A stretch of 39,509 nucleotides of DNA from an uncultured bacterium (GTDB taxonomy: Bacteria > Muiribacteriota > UBA6191). The notes under the pieces were generated by a model, which saw only the letters and a program-made list of their open reading frames with translations, had not been told where the DNA came from and did no database searches. A program made the position numbers and the translations under genes. Each line of letters starts with the position of its first letter. The stretch's first letter is position 1. Location: assembly GCA_964650625.1 (NCBI GenBank), contig CAZYUV010000002.1, positions 1 through 39,509 of the forward strand, in the 5' to 3' direction. This document shows positions 8,794 through 18,760 of the stretch, piece after piece.

Positions 8794-10635
8794 ATGCATT
8801 CAGCTGATTCACATTACGATATTATCTTTTTGGGTGGTGGCCTCGCGTCAAATCTTATTGCCCGTTATCTACAAAAGAAATATCCTGACTTCAAAATCCT
8901 AGTTTTAGAAAAAAATATTAAAGCCCATCATAATCCGGGAGAGTCTACGGTTGGGGTTACAGGATTGTTTATGATCCGTGAGTTGGGTCTTTCTACCTAT
9001 TGTTATCTGAATCATCTTCCCAAAAATGGATTTCGGTTCTTTTTCAGAGATCCTCAAAAGTCCTTTGATTTGTCAGCCTGTAGTGAAATAGGATCTAGTA
9101 TTCTGCCGGTATTTCCAACTTATCAACTAGACAGAGCTAGGTTAGACGAAGATCTTTGGGACTTAAACCGAGAGCTTGGTGTAGACGTAATTACTGGTGC
9201 TGAAGTTCAAGAAGTGGTTGTTAATGAAGACAGTAAACCGCATGAACTTACTTATAGTAAGGATACCAAAACTCATCAAGTTAAGTGTGATTGGATACTG
9301 AATGCCTCAGGGCGAGGTTCGAGGGCAGCGCCCGTGTTTGACCAAATGAATCCCGTCAAGGACGATACCGACATGCACACTGCAGCTGCTTGGGGCCGCT
9401 TTAAAAACATTGCTGACATAGATAGCATGGGGGATGAATCGTGGCGAGCTAGAGTTGGTCATACTAGCCGCTATCTTTCCACTAACCATATTATGGGACA
9501 TGGCTACTGGATTTGGGTAATCCCGATTGATCGAGGACTAGTAAGTTTTGGTTTAGTATATGACAAGAATGTAGTAGGAAAGATAATCTCCACACAAGAC
9601 CAATTTCTCGACTTTGTTCGCTCTGAACCTTTGGTAGAAAAAATTCTGGAAGGTAGCCAACAGGTAGATTTTCAATCACATTCTAAACTCAGCTTCCGCA
9701 GAGATCGTTTCTGCAGTAAGGACCGGTGGGTCATGCTTGGTGACTCCATGGGATTTATTGACCCTCTTTACTCACCTGGCTCCGATATTATTGCCAGACA
9801 AGCATACTTACTAGAGCATTTACTAAACTCAAAATCTGATGAAGAGTTAAATGATGTAAGTAGCATACTCAATGACTACACTCGCTACGAATATAATCTA
9901 CTAAAACTTCTCTATGCAGGCCAATATGCTGGTTTTGAGAGCTTTGAAGTTTACAACATTAAGTCCTTATGGGACTTTCATAGCTATACCAATCGAATGG
10001 TCTGGAACTTTTTGAATCGAAATTTTTCAGATCTAAACTGGGTGAAACGAGAAGTTGAAACAGCCCAGCGATCTCTTGAATTAACTAAAGTCATACAAGA
10101 TGGTTTTCAGGAACTTTATCAGTACCTGAAGGAAAATAAACTAGAATCACGAATGAATCTTAATCTACACTCGTTTCGTCAGAATAGATTCAAAATCGAA
10201 GAAGAAATGTTAGTCGAATATAGTAACGACCGATCTGTTGAGGAACATCTATTTCTTTGTAGATTGACGATTAGTGAGCTCATTGAAAGTCGTTATAATA
10301 TACCTGATTTCCGAGAACATAAACTCTCGCAAGACATGCTTACTTTTGCATCATTGAGTAGTTTTAAGCTGACTGATAAATGGTTCAAAAAACTCCTAGA
10401 TCGAGTGGCTAGAAGATTGTCATTGATGATTCGTCAGAAGACTAATCAAACTGTCAATGTAAAATTGACGGCCAAAGATTATCGCAAATCACTACCAGAA
10501 TGCCTTTCTAGCGCAGATAGAGTTGTAAAACAAGAAGCTACTAAAATCTGGTGCGATTCAGGCAGCAATCCAGTTCTTGAAAAGTTATATGAAACCGTTG
10601 AAAAGAGATGGGTTGGCCCAAGTTGGAAAACATAA
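8794..10635 (+). CDS. FAD-dependent halogenase-like oxidoreductase (tryptophan-halogenase family) with long C-terminal extension
   Basis: N-terminal IIFLGGGLASN is a GxGxxG Rossmann motif. GYWIWVIP matches the WxWxIP hallmark of flavin halogenases. GDSMGFIDPLYSPGSD matches GDAxxFxDPxxSxG. GESTV...LPKNGFRFFF resembles the GEATIP...FKxGIxF segment with the catalytic Lys. Confidence 0.6.
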   Translation: MHSADSHYDIIFLGGGLASNLIARYLQKKYPDFKILVLEKNIKAHHNPGESTVGVTGLFMIRELGLSTYCYLNHLPKNGFRFFFRDPQKSFDLSACSEIGSSILPVFPTYQLDRARLDEDLWDLNRELGVDVITGAEVQEVVVNEDSKPHELTYSKDTKTHQVKCDWILNASGRGSRAAPVFDQMNPVKDDTDMHTAAAWGRFKNIADIDSMGDESWRARVGHTSRYLSTNHIMGHGYWIWVIPIDRGLVSFGLVYDKNVVGKIISTQDQFLDFVRSEPLVEKILEGSQQVDFQSHSKLSFRRDRFCSKDRWVMLGDSMGFIDPLYSPGSDIIARQAYLLEHLLNSKSDEELNDVSSILNDYTRYEYNLLKLLYAGQYAGFESFEVYNIKSLWDFHSYTNRMVWNFLNRNFSDLNWVKREVETAQRSLELTKVIQDGFQELYQYLKENKLESRMNLNLHSFRQNRFKIEEEMLVEYSNDRSVEEHLFLCRLTISELIESRYNIPDFREHKLSQDMLTFASLSSFKLTDKWFKKLLDRVARRLSLMIRQKTNQTVNVKLTAKDYRKSLPECLSSADRVVKQEATKIWCDSGSNPVLEKLYETVEKRWVGPSWKT

Positions 10636-10859
10636 CAATTGAATTCTTCTTGCTTCTATTTTTAGCTACAGTACAGACTATAAATGTCTTCAGAGTGTAA
10701 TATCGACAGGGAAAATGGGGGCTTACAGCCAAAAAATCAAGCTGAAGAACTTGATATTCACCTAAATTATGATGTAATCCGGTATCACTATTATGCTTTG
10801 CTTGCTTTAGATATTGTGATATTTGTTCTTGGAAATTCTAGAAACAATAAGTGATTAAC

Positions 10860-11855
10860 TTAATCTTTTGGCAATGCAATTAAAAGACAACCTTCTGAAC
10901 CTAAGTTTCTTTCTGAAAGTTCTCTTTCAATCAACTCCACTTCTTCTATGGGAATAGAGTCGACCCATTCGCATAATTCACCATAACGATTTTTGAATAA
11001 GTTCAAATCGCTCCTAAGATGGTTATAAATCGCCTGAGTAAGATTCGGTATGAAACGTCGTTCTTCATTACTAGAGCACTCTAAAATTCGATAACCCCTC
11101 GATTTAAAAAAATCATGTAATTCATCCAAAGAAAAATAAAAACGATGCATAGGAAGATGGAGGTCTGGAAACAAACCTTTCTTGATAAACCAGTTTTCTC
11201 GGTTGGGAAATGTTATCTGAATGATTGCACCAGGAATACAAAGTTTTTGAAGTAATTTATGAAAGTCTTCGGGATGACCACAGTGTTCAATTACATGATG
11301 AGCAATCACTCGGTCAAACCTCTCACAAATAGTAGATTGATCTTGATGAGCTTCTAGGCCCAATTCGACCATTCGAGCAACCATTTTGTGACTATCTTCT
11401 AATCCGACTACTTTGAGGTTTGGATAGTTCATTTGTATCTTTTTAAGAAGTACTCCCAGTCCACACCCTATTTCCAAAAGCCTCTCGCCTTCTTCAAGTC
11501 TCAGCCCACTCATCATTCCAAAACGCAAGTCGACACGCATGTCATCCATTGCTTCGAAAGTCTCTAAATAGTCATCGTTACAAATCTTTCTTTGATCATA
11601 ATCAGGTGAAAACCACATCTTACAACTGGGGCATTCGAACTGAGAAAACCTTTCCCCCCGATAAGAAAATTGATTTTGTTTCAGAAATTTTCCTTTTGCC
11701 TTATTACAAAATGTGCAAACCGCTTTAACATCATTCTCTGGAACAAAAGTATCAATAATGTCATAGAAAAAAGTTTCTTTCCGCAAGCCTTCAGGAAGTC
11801 TCTTTTCAAAATCTAATGCCTCTAAATTGGAATCTGTCATATGCTTAGGAAGCAT
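10860..11855 (-). CDS. Class I SAM-dependent methyltransferase with N-terminal Cys4 zinc-ribbon
   Basis: Motif I is LLEIGCGLGVLL, with an acidic residue after beta-2 (VVGLEDS). N-terminal CTFCNK...CPSCKMW provides two CxxC pairs. Confidence 0.7.
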   Translation of the reverse strand: MLPKHMTDSNLEALDFEKRLPEGLRKETFFYDIIDTFVPENDVKAVCTFCNKAKGKFLKQNQFSYRGERFSQFECPSCKMWFSPDYDQRKICNDDYLETFEAMDDMRVDLRFGMMSGLRLEEGERLLEIGCGLGVLLKKIQMNYPNLKVVGLEDSHKMVARMVELGLEAHQDQSTICERFDRVIAHHVIEHCGHPEDFHKLLQKLCIPGAIIQITFPNRENWFIKKGLFPDLHLPMHRFYFSLDELHDFFKSRGYRILECSSNEERRFIPNLTQAIYNHLRSDLNLFKNRYGELCEWVDSIPIEEVELIERELSERNLGSEGCLLIALPKD

Positions 11856-12000
11856 ATCAAATTATATTGATGACGAGTGAAATCTTTGGGATACATTACA
11901 AGCAAACCAAATTGTATATGCATGCAAATGGTATCCAGAATATCTCTCTAAGAAAGTCAATCAGATGAAAATTCACTTCCATGGATTACCTAATTAAAAC

Positions 12001-12032
12001 AAAAAAGGGTTCCAACGAAAACGCTGAAACCC
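12001..12032 (-). terminator. Rho-independent terminator downstream of tRNA-Gly
   Basis: Minus-strand GGGTTTCAGCG-TTTT-CGTTGGAACCC forms an 11-bp stem (two G-U pairs) with a 4-nt loop (12032-12007), followed by TTTTTT (12006-12001). It starts 9 nt after the tRNA 3' end. Confidence 0.6.
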
Positions 12033-12040
12033 AAAAAATA

Positions 12041-12114
12041 GAGCGAAAGACGAGATTTGAACTCGCGACCCTCTCGTTGGCAACGAGATGCGCTACCGCT
12101 GCGCCACTTTCGCT
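12041..12114 (-). tRNA. tRNA-Gly (anticodon GCC)
   Basis: The reverse complement reads AGCGAAA-GT-GGCG-CAGCGGTA-GCGC-A-TCTCG-TTGCCAA-CGAGA-GGGTC-GCGAG-TTCAAAT-CTCGT(C)-TTTCGCT-C. It has a 7-bp acceptor stem, a GTTCAAAT T-loop and the anticodon loop TTGCCAA. CCA is not encoded. Confidence 0.9.
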
Positions 12115-12271
12115 TCGACCGTTCGAATATACCAGATTTAATGTTTAAATCAAGTCTTCAAAGAAAATTGATCCATTGAGAAAATTGATACTTGCATGGT
12201 TTTAGGAGTAACAATAGATAAAGTATACTTGCCGATATTTATCAGAGAAACAATCTCGCTTCGGCGTCATA

Positions 12272-15200
12272 ATGCAAATAAATAAAGATGTAAAATCGGA
12301 TTTTGTCGAACGCATTGTTCATGAACTGCTTGCAATCATCTTAAGAAAAGGTGCTTTTTCTCCGGCTGAAAAAAAAGTTTTTAATAAACTTATTCGACTT
12401 CTTGAATTGACACCGTCTCAACTCGAGAAAATCAAACAGAAAGTTCAATCTAAAATACATAAAAATCAAGAGTTAAGCCCTGCCGATCTACGGAATTACT
12501 TAAATAAGTTCAGAGAAAGTCTATGTAAGATTCTCGACCCTATCGAAGTTGATGGGCTAGTCGACTCTTTGGCTGAAGCATTCGACATAGATCTAAAGAG
12601 TATCGGTCGACTAAATCAATTAGTTATACCCCAAAAAATCAAAACCAAGTACATCGTGGACTGTGGAGAATTTAGCCTCGACCGTCGTGGATATTATGAA
12701 GATAAGTTATTCGCTTTAAGTAATCTTATGAGTGAAAAAGCCCACAATGGTTACTTAAAGCTACTAACCCTACGCACTAATGGAGAGCATGGTAAAGCTA
12801 TTGCATGGCTTAATAAAACTGGTACTCTTGATGAAACTCTACGCCTTTATTTGACCGCTAGGTTTCATCTTGAATGTCAAGAATATGATCGTGCACGATT
12901 TTTACTTTTTCAAAGCCACCAAATGGGTTTGCCAACTGATCTTTTTGAAGAGGAGATGTTTTTCATAGACTGCGCTAAATTGGACTTCAAAGAAAGTATC
13001 AAACGCTGGAGCAAATTACGTCAACTTAAATCAGATTCAGTGACCTTGAAACAGGCTAACGTGGTACTACGATCTCTTATCGAAGGACTAATCGCTCGTA
13101 ACATGATGCATATTGCACAACGCAATGTAGAGCTATCCAAAATTTACTATCCTCAACTTAAATCCGATTTTGAATTCTACAAACCGCTATCAAAAAAATT
13201 CTTTAAAGATTTTATTCCAGCTTTTTACGGCCGGAGATTCCTAATAATCCAGACTTTATTGGCTATTTCTATACTTTATCTTAGCTCGATTAACTTTTCC
13301 GATATCCAAGAGGTTTGTAAATATCTACTTGGACTAGAAATTCAAGGTAAACTCATCAAACCAACCATTTATCAATACTTTCGTTGTTTAATTGAAGCAT
13401 TTTTCTGGATTGCCCTTTTACCTTTGATTTATTTCAATTTCCGAATATCAAAAAACTTTTGGAACCCTCAAAAAAACGGATATATCACTCTATTTAATCG
13501 CTATATACAAGTCGTTGCATTCTCAAAAGCTTATCACTTCTCACGTGATAAGTTTATAAACAACCCACTCCTAATTACTCAAGATCGAATCTCTTTAGCT
13601 GGAAGCTTCTGGTTGAGAGTATTCCCATTCTGGCCAGGCATTCATTATATGTATGGTAAAAATCTATTATCGGGCAAAAGTATAACGATTCCACTTTTTG
13701 GAATATCTTGTGGCAAACAATTTTCTAAAAGTCTATCACTAAGCTCTCAAACTATAGCTCGGCCAATTAATCGTGTTGGTGTGCGAATCTGTCAAATTTG
13801 TAACATTCTCGAGAGAGTTTCGCGTCTTAAAAATTGGATGATAACCTATGTATCCATGGGGTTAATAATACCATCCGTCTTTTACGCTTCACATATGGAT
13901 GGATTCAACCAAAACCGTGTCATAATTTTCTGGGTAATATGGAGTTTTATTCTAGTTTTAATACCATTGATTGGAATAAAACTATCAAAAAACATATCGC
14001 AACTTAAAACCTTAATTCATTTTAATAAACCTGATGTATTAATCAGTTTAATTGTCTTTTATTATTTTGCTGAGCACTATTATCTGATGGGTTTACTGGG
14101 AGTATTTCCTACACTTATTTTTGGTGGATTTTTTTGCCTTCTTTTGTTCTACAAATCGAAAGATTCTCAACAACAAGAGCTTCTGGCTAATTTTTACAGA
14201 AGTGAAGTTTTCAAGAAGCTCAAATATGAACCTACAGATCCGTCCCCAAGTTGGTCAGGCTGTCATCTTGGCTTTTACTCACCTTTACCCTTGTTTCAGC
14301 AAAGTCTTTTAAGTTTTGAAAAAAATATAATTTTGGTTAGAAGTTTATTTGGCTTAATTATCAGTACCCATTGTTGGATAACAAAAAACAGCCCTCTAAT
14401 TGTTCACACTGGCAGTTCAAAGCGTAGATGCAATATTGATGGGGGGGAGATAATCACATCACTTTCATCAGATAAATTACGCCAAACACTATACGCTCTC
14501 AACATTACCAATTTATTCAAAACTTCTAAAAAAGCAAAACGGCCTGCCAACATATACTATTTTTTAATACCAATAATTATAACTACTTATGGAGTCTGGA
14601 CATTCTTAGTAAGCACTGACTTTCATACGCATAAATATGAACCTGTGGACACAAGCATTAATAATTTAATGCTTCTCGAAAATAAGAGTCTTTTTGTTCG
14701 AAATCAAAACATCGACCAATTGCTATACCTTCCAGAAGCAAAGATTTATAAACTTGATTATGACGATGAAAACCGTTTGGTGACGGTAATACAAAATGAT
14801 GAGCTAAGCTATGGAGAAATCGAAGAAGTAATACAAGCATCTTTCAACTTCTCAAATCATCCCCTCCAATCCATTAATACTCCATATTTTATTCGTAAAA
14901 AAGGAAAACGCAGTAATCTCTTAGATATAGCAAGTTGGAATATTTTTCACAAAAACAAGAAGGTAAATTGGGATTTATTTGGCTCCGAACTAGAGCAATA
15001 TTGTCAGGCAATAGGTATGCAGGTAATACCTCATTATGGCAATTATCGATGTGGATTTAATTTCTCAGATAATCACATCGCTAATTTTCTTAGAAGCAAA
15101 CAGTACGTACCGGAAATTTTCAGTATCAAATTATTAGAAATTGCCCTAAATGCTGACGGATCACTTCTTCAAATTATGGAGCCGGTTCACAAACAAAATA

Positions 15201-16246
15201 GGCGTCTCGCACTAGCTTCAATAAAAACCTTGAAAAGTCCCTGGAAATTCATCGATGAAAAATTACGTAAAAAACCTTCATTCATATTCGAAGCACTACA
15301 AATTAATGGAAGAATTTTATCCTTTTTATCTAAGGGCCTCCGAGGAGATCGTGACTATGTAATTGCTGCACTCAAACAAGACCCCGAAGCGTACAAAGCA
15401 ATGGACTCTGAATTATGGAATGACTTAGGAATTATCAATTTAGTTTTGGACCAAGAAGGTCTTGCATTGAAATTTGTTTCTGAAAAGTTTCGTAATCGGA
15501 AATCTGTTGTACTAAGAGCAGTCAAACAGAATGGATTGGCAATTCAATATGCCTCACCTGAATTGAGTAATGATTCCGAAGTCCAAAAAGTCTCAAAATT
15601 TATAGAGGAAGAAATCGAATTTAATTTTATTCCATCAGGGAAATTTTTTGATCCACTGATCAAACAAGAAAAAGCAATCGATGGATTTTTTCTGTCTAGC
15701 TATGAAATACGTAGAGAAGTATTTGAAAAACATTTGGGTTATAACCCAGGTACTAATAAAACAACTGATCACCCAGTAGATAATATTAGTATGAAAGATA
15801 TATCTAGATTTTTAGACTATCTAAATACTAAATCCGGAAAACAACTTTATCGTTTACCCACGCCTCAAGAATGGGAATACGCGACTAAAGCAAACACAAA
15901 ATCAACTTATTTTTATGGTGATAACTCAGAATCTATGAAAGATTACGCTTGGTATCCCTTCAATGCTAAAGGTAGTTCGCAACCAGTTGGAAAAAAACTT
16001 CCAAATCCCTGGGGACTATATGATGTTTATGGCAATCTATTTGAAAGAGTATCTCCATTTCCAGCACAATATTACAAAGGAAAAGGTTATCGCTTACCAG
16101 GAGTGGCATCCAATACATTAGTTTCTGGTCTCTGCAGTGGGAGTTTTGAATCGGTGATAGTGTATTGTCAGCCTATAACGCCGGATAAAGGTTTTTCCAA
16201 ACGTCATAATGAAATAGGCTTTCGAGTTCTCAGAGTTCTCGACTAG
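12272..16246 (+). CDS. 1324-aa polytopic membrane protein: soluble N-domain, multi-TM core, DUF4116 repeats and C-terminal FGE-sulfatase (SUMF1-like) domain
   Basis: Several hydrophobic segments lie between aa ~320-640 and at ~760-780. DUF4116-type repeats include DRDYVIAALKQDPEAYKAM, GLALKFVSEKFRNRKSVVLRAVKQNGLAIQYASPELSNDSEV. FGE-type motifs are YRLPTPQEWEYA, YAWY, NPWGLYDVYGNLFE and IGFRVLR. Confidence 0.6.
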   Translation: MQINKDVKSDFVERIVHELLAIILRKGAFSPAEKKVFNKLIRLLELTPSQLEKIKQKVQSKIHKNQELSPADLRNYLNKFRESLCKILDPIEVDGLVDSLAEAFDIDLKSIGRLNQLVIPQKIKTKYIVDCGEFSLDRRGYYEDKLFALSNLMSEKAHNGYLKLLTLRTNGEHGKAIAWLNKTGTLDETLRLYLTARFHLECQEYDRARFLLFQSHQMGLPTDLFEEEMFFIDCAKLDFKESIKRWSKLRQLKSDSVTLKQANVVLRSLIEGLIARNMMHIAQRNVELSKIYYPQLKSDFEFYKPLSKKFFKDFIPAFYGRRFLIIQTLLAISILYLSSINFSDIQEVCKYLLGLEIQGKLIKPTIYQYFRCLIEAFFWIALLPLIYFNFRISKNFWNPQKNGYITLFNRYIQVVAFSKAYHFSRDKFINNPLLITQDRISLAGSFWLRVFPFWPGIHYMYGKNLLSGKSITIPLFGISCGKQFSKSLSLSSQTIARPINRVGVRICQICNILERVSRLKNWMITYVSMGLIIPSVFYASHMDGFNQNRVIIFWVIWSFILVLIPLIGIKLSKNISQLKTLIHFNKPDVLISLIVFYYFAEHYYLMGLLGVFPTLIFGGFFCLLLFYKSKDSQQQELLANFYRSEVFKKLKYEPTDPSPSWSGCHLGFYSPLPLFQQSLLSFEKNIILVRSLFGLIISTHCWITKNSPLIVHTGSSKRRCNIDGGEIITSLSSDKLRQTLYALNITNLFKTSKKAKRPANIYYFLIPIIITTYGVWTFLVSTDFHTHKYEPVDTSINNLMLLENKSLFVRNQNIDQLLYLPEAKIYKLDYDDENRLVTVIQNDELSYGEIEEVIQASFNFSNHPLQSINTPYFIRKKGKRSNLLDIASWNIFHKNKKVNWDLFGSELEQYCQAIGMQVIPHYGNYRCGFNFSDNHIANFLRSKQYVPEIFSIKLLEIALNADGSLLQIMEPVHKQNRRLALASIKTLKSPWKFIDEKLRKKPSFIFEALQINGRILSFLSKGLRGDRDYVIAALKQDPEAYKAMDSELWNDLGIINLVLDQEGLALKFVSEKFRNRKSVVLRAVKQNGLAIQYASPELSNDSEVQKVSKFIEEEIEFNFIPSGKFFDPLIKQEKAIDGFFLSSYEIRREVFEKHLGYNPGTNKTTDHPVDNISMKDISRFLDYLNTKSGKQLYRLPTPQEWEYATKANTKSTYFYGDNSESMKDYAWYPFNAKGSSQPVGKKLPNPWGLYDVYGNLFERVSPFPAQYYKGKGYRLPGVASNTLVSGLCSGSFESVIVYCQPITPDKGFSKRHNEIGFRVLRVLD

Positions 16247-16407
16247 TATTAATCGCTAGCAAATCGGATAACAAAGATACTTGAGAGATTACTCAAACAA
16301 GATTATCTTTAGACGGCTGATCAAATTAGAACTATTATTTCACAACTACGAGTTATTAGATAAAAACTCACTGAAGCTGATATAAACAAATCAAAAGGAT
16401 TTAGTAA

Positions 16408-17046
16408 ATGACTGTAAAACTTGTAAGTATCACACCTGATGCAGAACAGACAATGGCATATATCGCTAGAGTTTCTAATCCTTCAAATCAGGATAATGAA
16501 AAATATGCAAGACTGTTAAAATATTGCATTAAGCATAACCATTGGTCCGTTTTTGAGCAATCATCAATGACATTAGAGATTGAAACTACCCGTGCTATTG
16601 CAGCGCAAATACTAAGACATAGAAGTTTTACATTCCAAGAGTTTTCACAAAGGTATGCTGCTAGTACCGCTTTAGGGAATAGTATCGATTTACCGGAACT
16701 TAGAAAGCAAGACAAAAAGAATCGTCAAAACTCTACAGATGATTTAGACCCTCAATTAGTTGAATCACTCAACGATCAAATGGATACATTATTTAGTTCC
16801 GCACTGTCACTCTATAATAAAATGTTGGAGAATGATGTTGCTAAAGAATGCGCAAGAATGGTTCTACCATTATGTACGCCTACCAAAATATATATGACTG
16901 GTTCCTGTCGTTCTTGGATACATTATATTGATTTAAGATCTGCTCATGGCACCCAGAAAGAGCATATGATAGTTGCAGAAGGCTGTAGAAAAGTTTTTGT
17001 TGAACAATTCCCTGCTGTATCAGAAGCTTTAGAGTGGAAGACTTAA
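16408..17046 (+). CDS. thyX: FAD-dependent thymidylate synthase ThyX
   Basis: ThyX signature RHRSFTFQEFSQRY (RHRxxSxxxxSQRY). 212 aa, typical length. An AAAGGA RBS lies upstream. Confidence 0.9.
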   Translation: MTVKLVSITPDAEQTMAYIARVSNPSNQDNEKYARLLKYCIKHNHWSVFEQSSMTLEIETTRAIAAQILRHRSFTFQEFSQRYAASTALGNSIDLPELRKQDKKNRQNSTDDLDPQLVESLNDQMDTLFSSALSLYNKMLENDVAKECARMVLPLCTPTKIYMTGSCRSWIHYIDLRSAHGTQKEHMIVAEGCRKVFVEQFPAVSEALEWKT

Positions 17047-17269
17047 AGCCACAAATTTTAGCCTGTGCTTGGAGAAAATTTATAAGCAAATGATCACTAT
17101 AAATGGTCAATTATTTATTCAGGAAAACTTCAATTTTAAAAATACTATTATGGAAGTCAAAGCCTTAAAATCTCCAGAAAAGTATTTGACTCATTTTCAT
17201 ATTAGCTGAGACCTAATCGTAAGTGCTAAAATTTGAATATTCGAAGGACTGAACTATAGGAAATTAATT

Positions 17270-18742
17270 ATGAGCGATTGGCCTAATCAACTAACCGACG
17301 CGACCTCACCGAAAGAAAAGTGTCAAATCTTACAGACTATGCTATCTCAAATGACGGTAGAATCTATTGAAGAGTATACCACTCTGCAAAGTGCTACTAA
17401 AGGCGCCTACGGACCTGAAATCAAAGCCTACGGTCAGAAGTGCCTACAGTTCGCGGATAAAAAATTTCCTAATATGGAATCTGACGCTCAAAAAGCGGCT
17501 AAAGCTAAGTTAGATGAGCTTATAAAAGCTAAAGCTGATATGCCGGAGACTAAAAATTGCCCGTATTGCCTACAGCTTATCCCGTTTGGAGCAATTAAGT
17601 GCCATCACTGTGGTTCTGAAATGCAGGTAACGGAAGTAAGGACCATAGAAAATACTTACCCTATATCCGCTGTTGAAATCATGAGGCAAGCAAATCACAA
17701 AGGCAGCTCTGATATTCATTTACAAGTAGGATATCATCCCATTTTTCGTATTCATGGACACATGACTCACCAGATTCAATGGCCTAAATTAAAACCATCT
17801 GACACATTATCGATGGCCTATCAGATGCTAGATGAAGACTCCAAAAGAATATTCGAAGCTGAAAAAGAAACCGATATGGCTTTCGATATTCCTGGAACAT
17901 GTAGACTTCGAGTAAATGCAGCAGAAGAGAGGCTAGGATGTACCGTTGTTGCAAGGATACTTCCATCACATATTCTTAGTATGGATGATCTAAAATTCCG
18001 CGCTAAAGATGTCTTTGAAAAGATGTGTTTAGAGGTCAATGGGCTAATCTTAGTAACTGGTCCCACTGGGTCTGGTAAAACTACTACACTGGCAGCCATG
18101 CTGGACTATATAAACAGTCAGCGTAATGAGCACATGATAACCATTGAAGACCCTATTGAATTTGTACACACTCCTAAGAAAAGTAAGATTATGCAACGCG
18201 AATTGCGCACAAACACCTTAACTTTTTACAATGCTTTAAGGTCTGCTTTACGCCAAGACCCAGATATAATCTTAGTTGGGGAGCTCCGCGACCAAGAAAC
18301 AACGGCCCTTGCATTGGAAGCTGCAGAAACTGGGCATCTTGTATTTGGGACTCTCCATACTAACTCAGCAGCAAAAACTATTGATCGTATAATTAACATG
18401 TTTAGTTCTGAAGATCAGGCTAAAGTGAGAGTAAATCTAGCTGAAAACCTGAAAGGAATTGTTGCACAACAATTAATCAAGAAAGTTGGTGGTGGTCGTG
18501 TCGTGGTACAAGAAATAATGCTTAGAAATACCGCTATTGCCGCCTTAATTCGTGATGGAAAAACTTATCAAATTAACGAATACATCCAAACCGCAAAAAA
18601 TATGGGAATGCAAACTATGGATGAGGCAATTAAGCTTTCACTGGAACAAGGGGAAATCAGTCCGGAAAATGCTTATCGATATGCTCTGAATAAAGTTGAT
18701 TTCACCTATACCAAAGAATTAGAGGCTTTTGAGAAAAGTTAG
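17270..18742 (+). CDS. pilT: PilT-family type IV pilus retraction-type hexameric ATPase with ~125-aa N-terminal extension containing a zinc-ribbon
   Basis: Walker A is VTGPTGSGKTTT. The Asp/His boxes are DPDIILVGELRDQET and GHLVFGTLHTNSAAKTIDRI. The PilT-like motif is AIAALIRDGKTYQI. The extension carries CPYC...CHHC. Confidence 0.8.
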   Translation: MSDWPNQLTDATSPKEKCQILQTMLSQMTVESIEEYTTLQSATKGAYGPEIKAYGQKCLQFADKKFPNMESDAQKAAKAKLDELIKAKADMPETKNCPYCLQLIPFGAIKCHHCGSEMQVTEVRTIENTYPISAVEIMRQANHKGSSDIHLQVGYHPIFRIHGHMTHQIQWPKLKPSDTLSMAYQMLDEDSKRIFEAEKETDMAFDIPGTCRLRVNAAEERLGCTVVARILPSHILSMDDLKFRAKDVFEKMCLEVNGLILVTGPTGSGKTTTLAAMLDYINSQRNEHMITIEDPIEFVHTPKKSKIMQRELRTNTLTFYNALRSALRQDPDIILVGELRDQETTALALEAAETGHLVFGTLHTNSAAKTIDRIINMFSSEDQAKVRVNLAENLKGIVAQQLIKKVGGGRVVVQEIMLRNTAIAALIRDGKTYQINEYIQTAKNMGMQTMDEAIKLSLEQGEISPENAYRYALNKVDFTYTKELEAFEKS

Positions 18743-18760
18743 CATAGAAAGCTATTTTTA

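Noticed and set aside
9307-9679. Two minus-strand ORFs (9307-9501, 9491-9679) inside the halogenase-like gene, and 10541-10732 at its 3' end
   Set aside because: The first two are antisense to a motif-supported FAD enzyme. The third spans the convergent intergenic region with no RBS or recognisable fold.
11856-12271. tRNA-Gly as a possible integration site for a genomic island or prophage
   Set aside because: I could find no integrase, recombinase, or direct repeat of the tRNA 3' end on either side. The flanking genes have the same AT-rich composition and look chromosomal.
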